Source of the DNA: Thalia democratica
Lineage: Eukaryota
DNA length: 64,000 bases
NCBI GenBank assembly: GCA_965202585.1
Contig: OZ241833.1
Location: forward strand, 41,912,001 to 41,976,000
Reading direction: 5' to 3'
Below the pieces are notes generated by a model. That model was not told where the DNA came from, did not search any database, and was given only the letters and a program-made list of their open reading frames with translations. Positions 1-12,554 of this stretch are shown one piece after another (positions within the stretch are counted from its first letter, which is position 1; each line of letters starts with the position of its first letter). The translations under genes were made by a program, and so were the position numbers.

Positions 1-7
1 TTTACAG

Positions 8-98
8 CCCACCCCGCCTCCACAGCAAAACACGGCTCCTTTTTTGAGTTCCTCCAAAGTCGTGGAACAATTCCCACTACAAAACACTGGTTCTAAAG
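8..98 (+). CDS. TRAF3IP2: Internal exon of ACT1/CIKS-like SEFIR adaptor gene (Pro/Gln-rich linker; PTPPPQQNTAPFLSSSKVVEQFPLQNTGSK)
   Basis: tttacAG acceptor at 1-7, AAG|GTATTA donor at 99, open frame. The phase-1 end (G) joins TG at 1744 to give K-V-F-I-T-Y, matching the recalled ACT1 SEFIR start RKVFITY. Symbol means 'TRAF3IP2-like'. Confidence 0.75.
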
Positions 99-410
99 GT
101 ATTATTAATGTTGTCATTGTTAATTATAACTAAATATTTAAAGGTTTTTTAACAATTCCCATTACAAAACACTGGTTCTATTTGTTAATTAGAACGTTAA
201 AGGTATTAATGTTGTTTATTATTAAATAAAGGTTGTTTAACAATTCTTATTACAAAACACTGGTTTGTGATCGTTTTAATAAACTACGACTGTTTGTGAG
301 AAGTCTATTGTGAAAAGTATATTTAGCTATTTAGAAAAGATTATTTATTCATAACAGATAAATGAGTAAGACAAAATAAATATTAAAAAAAACAACTGTT
401 CTAAAGGTTT
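67..410 (+). repeat. Degenerate direct repeats of the exon 8-98 3' end in the start of the intron
   Basis: aacaattccc(a/c)ttacaaaacactggtt at 67, 151 and 239; aaaggtatta-like donor context at ~199 and ~403. Confidence 0.75.
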
Positions 411-632
411 CTAGTTTCTTTATTATTTTACTGGGGTTTTATGGGACATGCGTAGATTAATATAAAAAATTAAAACCTACAGTACACTTAAAGTTATGGT
501 ACACATATCAAGAAATGGTATTATGTAATTTAAGCTTAAAAGATACTTGATTTGAGTTGGAAAGATAAGTATCTCTCATTTAAAGTAATAATAATATAAA
601 TTTATTTCCCTGTAAATTCAAGTAAATTGAAC

Positions 633-854
633 TTCCGGGAAGCAGTATTTTTATTAAAATTTTTGTAACACAATCAAAAATGAGAACAACAGGATGTTAA
701 AAAGCAGAACTTATTAAAGATCAATGAAAATTAAACTTCCTGGAAATGTGTTCTACGTTTTATATAATCTATTCTCTACTTTATTTAGCAATTTAGATGT
801 TTAAAGTTAGTATAAAGACTTTAAACGCAAGCAAGGCTGTACAGCTTCCTGCAA
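633..854. promoter_or_regulatory. Candidate STAT (GAS) site cluster
   Basis: TTCCGGGAA 633-641, TTCCTGGAA 737-745, TTCCTGCAA (1 mismatch) 846-854. Confidence 0.4.
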
Positions 855-1342
855 AACTGATTAATTCGGTTTGAAATTTCCTCAACAGTCTGTTTTTGAT
901 ACGATTTTTTACTTAAATATTTTTGAATAGCAGATATAGTGTGCTAGCTTAAATCAGGTGTCAGTTAAAACGAATGCACAAATATTTAAATTCCTACAAT
1001 TCATGTTCTAATAACTCTTATTTATAGTGTTGATCGCTTAATAATGAAGAAAAAAACACTTCAATTACATCATTTAGACTATCAATAAAAAATAAAAATG
1101 GTTTTTGAGGCAGTGCTCTTTCAAATTTCTCAAAGTGTTTTATTTTCGTAATTTGAAGAGCCATCTAACCAATACATATAAATTCTAGTTATATCCTTAG
1201 TTATATATAATCTTAAAAGGTACTTAGCTTAATATTTAAAAACTATTTTAATGTTTAATAGTTTCTAATATTTAAATACTTCACCAGACAACTGCGTGCA
1301 TGACTGTGTTCATGATATGAATGAAAACACCAATTATATGTA

Positions 1343-1679
1343 TAGGGTTGACACCCGCTCTAAATATTTTGAATTTTAAAAAATCACAGGATAACTCAGG
1401 ATTTATGATTTTTTTATAAACTTAGGCTGACTCAGGATAGTTTTATATTAAAAATGTTCAAGATACTTTATAGATATTTTCTAAATCTCAGGACAGATTT
1501 TTTTCTTGATTTTGAATGAGACTAAGTAATATAGTTTAAATATTTTTTTATTTTATAACCAATTTCGTTGAGAAACTTGTTTTTATAGATTTTGAGAGTT
1601 TTTATTTTACAAATTTAAGGTTTTGAAAAAACTCAGGATGACTCAATACATTTTTTTGACTTTAAGAGCGGCAACCCTG
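1343..1679. mobile_element. Degenerate MITE with (C/T)AGGGTTG(C/A)C-type termini
   Basis: TAGGGTTGACA at 1343 and GGCAACCCTG ending 1679; internal CTCAGG repeats; no target-site duplication seen. Confidence 0.5.
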
Positions 1680-1743
1680 CTCATATCAAAAATTAATCCA
1701 AACAGGTTTCATCCAGTATTTTTTATTTGTTTTGTTACAACAG

Positions 1744-1916
1744 TGTTCATCACGTATTGTGACGTCAACGAAACCACGAGTCACGTGACCAAGAAGCAGC
1801 TTCAGTCTATATACAAATTTCTGCTGAACAACGGGGTGAGGGCATCAATCGACTTCATGCACGAAATGCTGAGGAGCATGTCGAACGCGCAGTGGCTTGA
1901 AGATGAGTTGCAAGAA
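1744..1916 (+). CDS. TRAF3IP2: SEFIR domain exon (VFITYCDVNETTSHVTKKQLQSIYKFLLNNGVRASIDFMHEMLRSMSNAQWLEDELQE)
   Basis: Pyrimidine tract + CAG acceptor (1741-1743), GAA|GTAAGT donor at 1917, GC-rich relative to flanks. VFITY, FLLxNG, ID and W motifs match recalled ACT1 (VFITY...FLLVNG...AID...KW). Confidence 0.9.
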
Positions 1917-2098
1917 GTAAGTGTAATAACTGTAATGAGTGTGTTAATATTTATTAAATGAGATGCTTAGGTGTATGTCGGCTTTAAAAATTACAAATTT
2001 ATACAACTTCAACAGTGACTACACTACAGTAGTAGAAAAACAGTAAATAAAAAATAATTAAAATAAATAATATAAAATAAATTATTCCCTCATTACAG

Positions 2099-2296
2099 TG
2101 CGACTTCATCATGGTGTGCATCAACAGCGACTACACAACAGTGGTTGAGGAGAGGTTACCGCTGCAGGTGGCCAACGCGAGGAGGAAGCACGTCGAGGAC
2201 TGCACTTACGTGTACCGGCAGATGCACCAGGAGTATATAAGTAACAGGGCCAAGAACTACCGGTTCATACCGTTGCTGATCGGAGATGCTAACTAT
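2099..2296 (+). CDS. TRAF3IP2: SEFIR domain exon (CDFIMVCINSDY...YVYRQMHQEYISNRAKNYRFIPLLIGDANY)
   Basis: cattacAG acceptor (2097-2098), TAT|GTTAGT donor at 2297, phase 0/0, 198 nt. NYRFIPLL matches recalled ACT1 NFRFIPVL. Confidence 0.9.
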
Positions 2297-2780
2297 GTTA
2301 GTTGTTTGATTGTTTGCTAATCAGTTATTTGTATTGCCAATTTTATCGGTTCATACCATTTATATTTATACATCTATTAATAGGAGATGCTAATTATGTT
2401 AGTTGCTTGATTTATTTACATTATTTTGATATCTCTAGTTTATACCGTTGTTGGAAGGAGATCCTAGTTGTTTCCTTAGTTTCTTTATTTATTTATATTA
2501 TTTTGATATTTCTAGTTCATACCTATGCTGATTGGAGATGCTAATTATGTTAGTTGCTTGATTGTTTATATTACTTTGATATATCTAGTTTATACTATTG
2601 TTGAAAGGAGATCCTAGTTGTTTTAGTTTATTTATTTATATTATTTTGATATTTCTAGTTCACACCTATGCTGATTGGAGATGCTAATTGTGTTAGTTTG
2701 ATTTATTTTGTATAAGAATTATATATATATATATTTATAAACCACTGTTGATTGGAGATGCTAATTATGTTAGTTGTATG
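2268..2780 (+). repeat. Degenerate direct repeats of the exon 2099-2296 3' end plus donor site
   Basis: ggagatgctaa(c/t)t(a/g)tgttagtt at ~2282, 2383, 2535, 2676 and 2753, several preceded by ttcatacc...gctgatt. Confidence 0.85.
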
Positions 2781-4390
2781 ATTGTTTATAGTGTTTCTAT
2801 TTGCTTTTTTAATTAATTTAATTATTGGTTGCTTGTCGGGATACCAACCATAGCTGTTTTATTTTTTAATTACACATACCTCTATTATTTTTAAGGAAAA
2901 CTTTGATAGTTGTTAGTAATAGTGTTATTTACATAAAAAATAATGCAAAGAAGACTAGCAGAAAGATTTTTGTACTTTTTACAAACTATTTTGGAAAACT
3001 TGTATCTTAATTATCAAATTATCAAATGTTCTTTATTATGGATTAAGGTAACAAAATTAGTACATAAACTATTAAAAAAAACTGCTAGTTTTAAGATACA
3101 GATAGTAATAAGCTGTTGAATGTATTGAATGATAAGGGTTTGGCAAAACAATTTTATTTACAAAAAAATACGACTCATTTTGAGTTTCCGTAAATACAAA
3201 GAAATATTTGGATGATATTTGATATTCTGGTAGTGATCAAAATATTTATTAAGATTTACGACCCCTGCCTCAACTTATTTAGTTCATACATGTTGATTTT
3301 AAAACAAATAAATAAACAAGTTTATCACGTCATATTTTATATTTTACAAATAAGATTGTTTGTAAACGTTTGTCTTTTTCTATTTGTTTTACCTTCTTTT
3401 TGACATTTTGTTAATAAAAATTTATGAAAAGTAAACATTTTTAGAAAAAATAAACAAAAACACCAACCTTCATACATCACAGTTTTTTTGGTTCACAAAA
3501 GAAATCAAATAAACGAGTTACAGGGTCATATTTAATGTTTAACAAGCAAAAGTTTGTTTGTCAAAGTTTCATTTGATGGTCATTTTGTTTGCGTTATCTT
3601 AATTTTGACGTTTAAATTGTGAAAATGAACTTGTGAAATTAAATATAAAAACTTTTGTAAAAGTTTGATCTGTTATAAAACAATTTTTTTTTAACACTAA
3701 GAAACGAAGAAATAAACTTAACTGGATTATTTTTTATTTTATATTTTATTATAATCGTAAAAACTAGCTATTGTTTAAAGCTTTAGAAAAATTTCATCTT
3801 AGAAAGCTAATCAACAAGGAAAACAAAAAAATTTTTTGGCTATCGACAAATAAATACCTAAATTAGTTAGAATTACACAAAATTTGAATGACCAATTTTT
3901 TCGTAGAACTGTTATGTAAGAGAGATTACTGGAAGTTTTGGTTGGCAACTAAACTGTCTTAAATGGCAAATGATGCTTGATAATATTCAGTAATATTAAA
4001 ATCAAACGTTTTACTATATTGAATAACTTGTTTTAGTTGGTTCTAAAACGATCAACTTTGGAATGAATACAAAAGATAAAACCAAAATTTTAAACAGATC
4101 TAGTAGTGGTATTTGGAAATTTGTTTTGTTTATGCTCATTGAATGTAAAAAACTAATTGAAGGTGTAATGATTTTATTACAAAAAAAAAATTCATTAATA
4201 AGTTAGCTATAATATTGTAAATAAAAGTTATCAAAGATATGCACAGACTTAGTTACGAAGTTCAAAAGAGTTAACATTCGTTATAATTGTTGTTTTGTTG
4301 TTAACGTTGTTATTATAATAACTTGAAACACTTAACAAGGTGCTATTGTGTTTAACATATTTACTGAAAAGGCTTTTATAATAGTTAAAC

Positions 4391-4765
4391 AACTTTTTAC
4401 GGTAACAATTTCACAACTTTTTACAGTAATAATTTTACAACTTTTTACGGTAATAGTTAAACAACTTTTTACGGTATCAATTTCACAACTTTTTAAGGTA
4501 ATATTTTCAGAACTTTTTATGGTAATAATTTCACAACTTTTTAGAGTAATAATTTCACAACTTTTTAGAGTAATAGTTTCACAACTTTTTAGAGTAATAG
4601 TTTCACAACTTTTTACGGTAATAATTTCACAACTTTTTAAGGTAATATTTACAAAACTTTTTAGAGTAACAATTTCACAACTTTTTTGGTAATAATTTCA
4701 CAAATATTTGTGGTAAAAATTTTACAATTTTTTACGGTAATATTTTCACAATTTTTTACGGTAAT
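4391..4765. repeat. 21-bp minisatellite (consensus ~CAACTTTTTACGGTAATAATTTCA), ~17 copies
   Basis: Visible periodicity; explains the 7-aa repeat in the ORF at 4348-4692. Confidence 0.9.
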
Positions 4766-5254
4766 AGTTACGCAACAGTGGTTTACTTTATTGTTTGCTT
4801 TCAAGTAGCCATTGCGGTTTTTTTATGTTTTATGAGTGAAAACTAACAAAACAAAAAAAAAGAAAAATCCTGTATCAAAAAGTTACGTGATGAATATAAA
4901 TTTGTTTATTATAAAATATAATGTCTCAATATTCTGTTAATTAATTATATTATTATAAATATTGTTGTAAAGAGAGTAGTAATTTTGAACTATTTTTAGC
5001 AATGTGTTTACATATTTCAATGATTTTCGCAAAGTTTTAATGCATACAAAATTAAGCTTGTTATAATGTTAGTTTATTGGATTTTGTGGAAATTTTTCAT
5101 GAATGTTTTAACTCATTTTTAGCGTGTGTGTTTTGAAAGACATTTAATGAGGTGTTATGTTATAAACAACACAAAATGTTTGAAAATCATCGGTGAGCCG
5201 ATGAACCTTGTCAAACACAAAAGTGTTGAATTGCAACGTTAAATATTACTTGTA

Positions 5255-5655
5255 CAGGGTTGCCACGAAACCTGGAATCCTGGAAAAACCTGGATTTTGA
5301 CAATTTAGGCTAAAAAAACCTGGAATTTGAGAAATTTTGAAAAAAAATTGGAAAATTCATAAGTTTTGATCAAAGATTACAAAAAATATGGGGTTTAAAC
5401 AGTTTTTATAAGTTAAGTAGTAAGGTTTTGATTTGACAAAAAAATCTATCATGTAGACAAAAAATTTTTTTATAATAAAAATAAATTTAAATGATTATTA
5501 CAGTATCTTTTCAATTTTATTATACTTTTCAACACAGTTTTCAACCTTTTAATTAACTTTAAACTAAAAATAGATCCAAAAACGTGTATTTTAAAAAACC
5601 TAGAAGAAATTCAGAAAACATAGAAGAAATTTCTTAATAACCAGTGGTAACCCTG
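5255..5655. mobile_element. MITE, 12-bp TIR CAGGGTT(G/A)CCAC, 6-bp TSD CTTGTA (hAT-like by termini)
   Basis: CTTGTA|CAGGGTTGCCAC ... GTGGTAACCCTG|CTTGTA; internal CCTGGAA repeats. Confidence 0.85.
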
Positions 5656-6684
5656 CTTGTAGCTTAGTTTAAACTTAAAAAAAATGTAATTTATTAACTG
5701 TATTTAAATGTGTGTTCTATTTAGATAGACCATAATACGCAAGAACATATTGAAAATCATAACAGTTTAATAAAATGTTTTTAGCTATGAGCAAAATTTG
5801 CTTCAAGTTCTCTCTGGTGCTAGTTTACATGCAACCTAATGTGATATTTAAACTAATTTCGTTCGAGATACGTATCATGCATGGGAAAAATGTATACTAT
5901 CGTTAACAGAAAGTTTAAATTAATATGTCATCAACTTGAAACATTAAAGTTCGAACTTGCTCGGAACTTTTTTCACGGTCAGAGTTGCCTGAAGGTTGCA
6001 GATTTCAACACACCATTTAAACTGCAATCAATCAGCCGCGATCAAACAAAATGCGACTGACCGTAAAGTCAACGTTTTACATACTAGTTTCTAGCTGGTG
6101 GTTTTCTTGTGAAATATTTCGAAATAGTTCAGCGGTGTTTTTGTTCGGTCGGGATTGAAACGTTGCTGGTATGAATATCCAAAACCGACTAAAAGTGATT
6201 TATGTTTTTTTTGTTTGCGTTTTCAATTGAAAAAGTGGTTAAAAGCTAGTTCTGCATACAGGGATTTGTAAGTAAGCCGGGCGTTTTTAAAACTGATTCT
6301 TAAATTAGTTGAACAAAATTTCTTTTATTAACGATCAAAAAGATTTTGATATTAAAAAAAAAAATATTGTGGTAAATAAAACGTTTTGTGAATTATAGTT
6401 TTTACGCGTAGAAGGTAATTTGCTTCCAATTAAAAAAGTTAAAAATTCTTACAGAAACATTTACACTGATATTGCAGTTTTAAAACAGGGCGGATTAGAA
6501 AGTTAATTTTTTAAATAAATTTGTAAAGAGCTATAAATTGAACATGATGTTACTTTGCTTTCAAATTAGAAGAATATGTTTTAATTTACGTAATATTCAA
6601 AAAATATAGATCAGTATTTCTGTATATTAACACAAGTGTTGCAATAATCGTATGCATTTTAAATCAGAATGGTTTAAAAAGTTA

Positions 6685-8420
6685 CTGATTTAAGTGCAAC
6701 TTTTTAAAATTTTATTAAACAAACGTGATCACACTTTGTATACAAATGGAAATTTGAGGCGTAATTTAACATTAATTTTTTAATTAGATTAAATTCAAAT
6801 GCATGTTGCCACAAATTCTAATACATTCAAATTCAAATCACAACGGATTAAAAAGCATTACTATTGTAAGTGTAACTTTTCAAAAACTAAAAGTTTAATA
6901 TAAAATGATAAACTTTGCATACAAATGATAGTTTTGAGGCGTAATATACCATTAATTTTAAGATTTTTTTTAATTCAAATACATATTTTGTCAGAACGTT
7001 TTAAAATGCAACTTTTCAAAAACTATAGACTAAACGATACTTTGCGTTCAAATGGAAAACGTATTGACCACAAATTTTGCGAATTTTAAAATTCAAAAAA
7101 TAGCTTTAAAGACTAAAAAGTATTACCATTGTAAGTGCAACTTTTAGAAAAAATGTGCTAAACCTAGTTATGCTTTTATTTAAAAAAATAATTACTAAGT
7201 TATTACAAAAACTTCTACTTAATATTTTATATGTATTATGTTTGAACAGATTAAAAAAATTTACTATTGTAAAATGCAAGTTTTCAAAAAACTACAAACT
7301 AAACATGATACACTAAGCATTCAAATGAAAAAACGCATCAACCATTAATTTTCGAAGCGAACATGCAACTTAAAAAGTAACTAGTGTAAATGCAATACAG
7401 TACACTACCGCTTAAGTACGCAAATTGAACCCGACCAAAAAGTGCGTACTTAGCACGGGTAGTGCGTACTTTTTGACGACATAGTATAATATGAAATTTA
7501 GTTGTTTGTTTTCTTTCTTACCACTAGCCACCAAATAATTAAGCCAAACAAACAAGTCTTTTTATTTTAAATTACATTTAATACATAATTCTAATTTGTA
7601 AAATTTTTTTATAAATCTTGAAATGATTTATTTTTTCTATAAAAAGTTTCTACATAATTAATACATACATTTAATATAGAAAGTCAATGTCAGTCAATGA
7701 TTAAAAAAAAAATATTAAACTACATTTTGTTTTGTTAGAGGAAAAGTACCAAACTACATTTTGTTTACCAAACATTTTCAAAACATCGATGTATGTACAT
7801 TTAAATTAATTTATGACTTAACTATTTTGTATTTGTAGGTTTTTTTTAACTTTGTCATCTATATTTATTTTATAGCATTAAAGCTCAAATATCATTATTC
7901 TTTTTACTTTTCTGCAACTACTACGTAAGTATTTAGTTTATTAACATTTAATAACAGGACTGTCACAATCTCAGGTTACTTTAGACTACTCAGGATTACT
8001 CACCCTAGTTTAAAAGTTGTGAAAGTCTCAGGCTGACTCAGCAGGTTGGCCATTCTACCTGGAAACATAAAATAATCTGGAAAAACTTGATGATTGAAAA
8101 TTTAGGCAAAAAAACTGGAATTTCTTATAAGTTCTAGTATAACATCCTTTACTTTATCTTTCTGGATAAGTGCGTACTTAAGGCGTGATGCGTACCAAAA
8201 AAAGTGCGTACTTAAGCGGTAGTATACTGTATTATAAATTTTAACTAGAACGTAATAATACTTTGAATTCAAATGAAAAAACGTATCAACCATTAATATT
8301 TTAATTTTCGAAGCGAACAAGCAACTTAAAAAGTCACTAGTGTAAGTGCAATATTAGAAATTTTAACTAGAACGTGATAACACTTTGCATTCAAATGAAA
8401 AACGTACTAACCATGAATTT
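6685..8420 (+). repeat. Degenerate ~115-170 bp tandem repeat (gtgcaactttt...aaacgtgata.actttgcattcaaatg...accattaatttt)
   Basis: Motif recurs at ~6691, 6867, 7004, 7130, 7269, 8250 and 8340; also at ~31695-32480 and ~58070-58850. Confidence 0.7.
7398..8229. mobile_element. Non-autonomous Tc1/mariner-like element (832 bp), present only in unit 1
   Basis: TIR CAGTA(C/T)ACTACCGCTTAAGTACGCA at both ends, TA duplication (7396-97, 8230-31); empty site gtgcaaTAttagaaa in units 2 and 3. Confidence 0.85.
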
Positions 8421-11400
8421 TTCAAATCAACGTGACATATACCAAGCGCATTTTGCGCTCATCTAGCGAAAATGTGATTTGCATACTAGTTTTACATATA
8501 GCTTCGGGGCATGAATTGAATAAAGTGAAAAGTATTGATGAGTATCAACACGAATTGTTGAAAGGTCTGCCGGGTTTATTGGCTGGTTGAAACAAATTGT
8601 TTGAATATTTTCAACAGTCTGTAATTGATTTTTATGAAATGTTTGATAAATTTATAAATACACGTACAATGTTTGGAATGATGTTAAATATTTGTATAAG
8701 TTAGTTGATTCATTTTTAAAATTTTGCTGATTTTGTTGAATTTTTAAAAAAATGACATTTGTAGAAGTTAAGTTTATTTATTGAACTGTTAAATTTTGTT
8801 TAAACTGTATATATATCAATAAACTAATGTTTCAAAAAATTGCTGACATTAAAACAAATAGAACTGTATATGGAAAAAAAAACTAAATAAATTAAAAATT
8901 CTAATGTTATTTTGACAAATTAGTAGAAGTTTTGTTGTAACATGTTGTTTGGTTGAAGTAGTATGTTCAAATAACAATGTTTATTATTGCTTTAATTTGC
9001 GAAATATTCGAATTAATTATCTCGCTTAGACTATGTCTGAAGTAGTTTTAGTATAATGTTGTAAGTCATCATATTTTTTTGATATTTGTTCGTTTTAAAA
9101 CAAGCTGTACCAAAATATTGTTTCCTAAGTTTAAACTTGAACAATTTTTAATTCCACACGTTTAATATAAGTTTAGTATATTTTAAAGATAATTCGTTAC
9201 TTATTTGATTTACTTTCTAAATGGACCATGTTTTTTTGATTTATTTTCTGCATGAGTTTGTCTTGTATTTTTAACTTTGATTTCTATAAAGCTTCATAAA
9301 ATTGAATTATAAAATACTTTGAGAATTCTAAGAAAAGCAATTAGTTTTGTTCAAAAAAATTCTCACCAAAAACATTTCAAGTTTTTGTTGGTTTGTTAAT
9401 GCAAAATACAAGAAGTAAATACTATGGTTGCTTATGGTTCTTGCTAATGCTGTTTATCATTTTAATCTAAATGTCATCTTTAATGTTGTTTTTACTTAGG
9501 AAACATTTTTGTAATTCAAAGTTGTGCACTGTATACATTGTTTTTTAACTATTTAACCAAAAACACAGCTATATTTGTTTTTTAATCTAAATATTTGCTG
9601 ATTACTTGTTAAAAGAACTACAAGCAAAAAACAATCCAAGAATTTACTTCACCCTTTGTTAATTTAGAGGTATGACTCATATTTATTGTTAAATTTTTTC
9701 AAAACCTTTAACCTACTTTTTGTTTTTGAAGAACATTTTAATTTCTCTGAAAACATGAAAACGGTTGTTATTGACAAGTTTCGAAGCTAAACACTTCCTT
9801 TATGAATATACTTGAATTAAATTCAAAATAGTAGTTTTAAAAGTGGTAAGGAAAATTCAATTTCTCAACGGATTTTTTTTAATTGAAAATTAAAAATATT
9901 GAAAATATTCATTAATAACTTAAAAATAATTTCATTTAACAACTTTTTACGTCCAACAAATAGTTTATAAATTTAAAACTAGTTTATCATCACCGGGTTT
10001 TTACCAAAAACAAATATTATTTGTCTTATTGAGTTTTTGACGCATTTACAACATTAAAATTTTTTTAGCAAATTTAATTAGTTTTTCGTACAGTTTCCAA
10101 AACACTTTTAATAATGATTTATCTTTTGAAACAAAGGTTAAAAGTTACTCTTGATTAGTTGTTTTACAAACAAATGTAAAAAATTCAAAGTGAGTGAAAC
10201 AGTCTCTTTTTCTTTTCAAATTGGATTAAAAGGTCAAGTTTCAAATATTTGAAAAATATTTGTGTTTAATCTTGATTGATACGTAGAAATAATACTGAGA
10301 AAATTTAATGTTTTCTTCATTGTTGAATAAGTTACATAAAGAATTAGCTTGGAATTTAGTTTGTTTTAAAAGTTTAAAATTTTCGCAGGTGTCCTGTAAA
10401 AAGATTAGTTTTGATAGTTGGTATTTAAAACCAAGCAAGTTTTATTTTACAGTTATCTTTGCAAAAATTCAACAAACTGATTTAGCTCTAATTATAAGCA
10501 ACGTTTTTTTCTGCAAATAGAACTTTTTCGACCGTTTGTGTGGACATGAATTATTAAATTCAATCAGAATCCAAAAAATTAATAATACACGAGTTTGATT
10601 TGCATTTAAGTTGAAAATAAAGCGCTTTTTATTTTGATAACAATCAGTTTGCATGTAGTTTTCCTTTCAACGTTCAAGGTGTAATCACCTGACTTCGCAA
10701 TAATTTTTGTCAATTAAATAATTTCTTAGAAGCTATATTGATTTGTTTGTTGTTTTTATAGATTATTAACATTTAGTTATGCGGTTATATGTAATTAAAA
10801 AGAAACATTAATTACATTGTAGAACTGACTAATTTAATTTACTTATTTTTTAAACCCAGATAAAGTTAAATGTTACAATATTAGTAAACTCAGTAACGTT
10901 ATTACAAATTAAGTGTTTTTATTAATTTGTATTTTAAGCGTTTATTTATGAAATATCAATAAATAGTAAATATATATATATTTTTTGTAAACAGGTATGT
11001 GGCCGTAAAAATATATTAAGCAAAACTGATTTTTAATTAATAAAAAAAAAACTATACTTTTTATATATTGTTCTATATACTGTATTTCAAAGATATACCT
11101 TTAAAATACAGGTATATTTTAATCAATTAAAATGAAGAAGTTAAGTATAAGTTTTTGGTAAACTGTTTTAAAATTTGGTTAGATGTTTCAAAGATTATAG
11201 AAAATCATTATTATTTTACAAACCATTTTTATAATTTGAATATTATTTTAAAAGTCTATTCTAATAAAAACACGACCTTGTAATAGGCACCTAGTTACAT
11301 AAAAAACCAAATTGGCAAGCTATATGTAAATTAGATACTTAACTGCGCTCTGATTACAATCTCTACAGTTTTCAATTATTGTTGAGTTCGTGGGAACTCT

Positions 11401-12554
11401 TAAAGTTTACTGAGAAAATTTTTGAGGCGATTATAGCAAAATATTTATTTTATGTGGGTTTTTATTTTTTTAAAGAAAAGTAAACTTTAATCTGTGAGAA
11501 AAATTCCAATGAAAGTTGAACTTTGTAAACTTAGTTTGAAAAATTCAGTCTTTAAAAAAAGTTTATTTATGTTTTGTTCGCTAATATTTACATGATAAAG
11601 TTTTAAATTGAAGCAAAAAAAAAAAAAAACGATTTTCAGGTGGTTAAACTCGTATCCTTAGAGAAAGTCTTGTAATTAATAAAAAAAAAACATTTATCAT
11701 TTATTTTTATTTATTTCATTTATTTTTATCGAAAAAACATCACCTTGAGCAATTTATTTGAATACAGACTGTGGTTGAGTAGGTTATACTGGTTTAATAA
11801 ATTAAAAAACTAAATAGTAATTTATTTTTATTGGTTTAATTTGTTTTAAATAACTTGGTTGAACTCAAAACTGTTATTTTAATTCACAATTTTAACCATA
11901 ATAAATGTTTGAACACGTCAGCAAAATTAATTATTATTTAGACCAGTTGTTGATGTTGTTAAAAAAATGTTTTAGTTAAGTGGTTTTAGTCAACAGAATT
12001 AATTTTAACAGCATCAAAAATATTAATTTATCTATAAAAGCTATTCTAATTAATTTATTACTAACAATTTTTCAATACGCTAACAACAGTTCATGTTACA
12101 CATTTATTACATCACACTGTCAAAATTTGTTGAAATACAACCCAATAAAATTGTCTTGAACCTAAAATGGATGAACTCAGAATATTGTATGACCTCTGCT
12201 TTTAAACTCACATGTTTGTTTTACTTCAGAGCAAGTCTGGTAGTTAACTTGAAAAATAAAACATTTATCACACAGTTTTGTGGCTTTTGTTAAAAAAACA
12301 TTATATTAGGCAATTACAGACCAAGTCTATGTTCGTGGTTTGATACATTGAAAAATTAAACATTTTATTTTAATTCTCTGTTTTTATGTGTAATTATTAC
12401 CTCACACTGTCAAGTTTTGTTTTTATTTTTCTATTTTATCAAACTCAAGCAAATAACTACACTTCAGAATAAGTATGCTCACAAATGGTTCCGTTACACC
12501 TCTAAATAGTACTAGACATATTTTATTACAAATAACTTACTTGTGTTATATATT

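Noticed and set aside
1623-1743. N-terminal part of ORF 1623-1961
   Set aside because: Intronic MITE and pyrimidine-tract sequence; only 1744-1916 is exon.
4348-4692. 114-aa ORF with (V/T)IISQLF repeats
   Set aside because: Translation of the 21-bp minisatellite; no splice or codon support.
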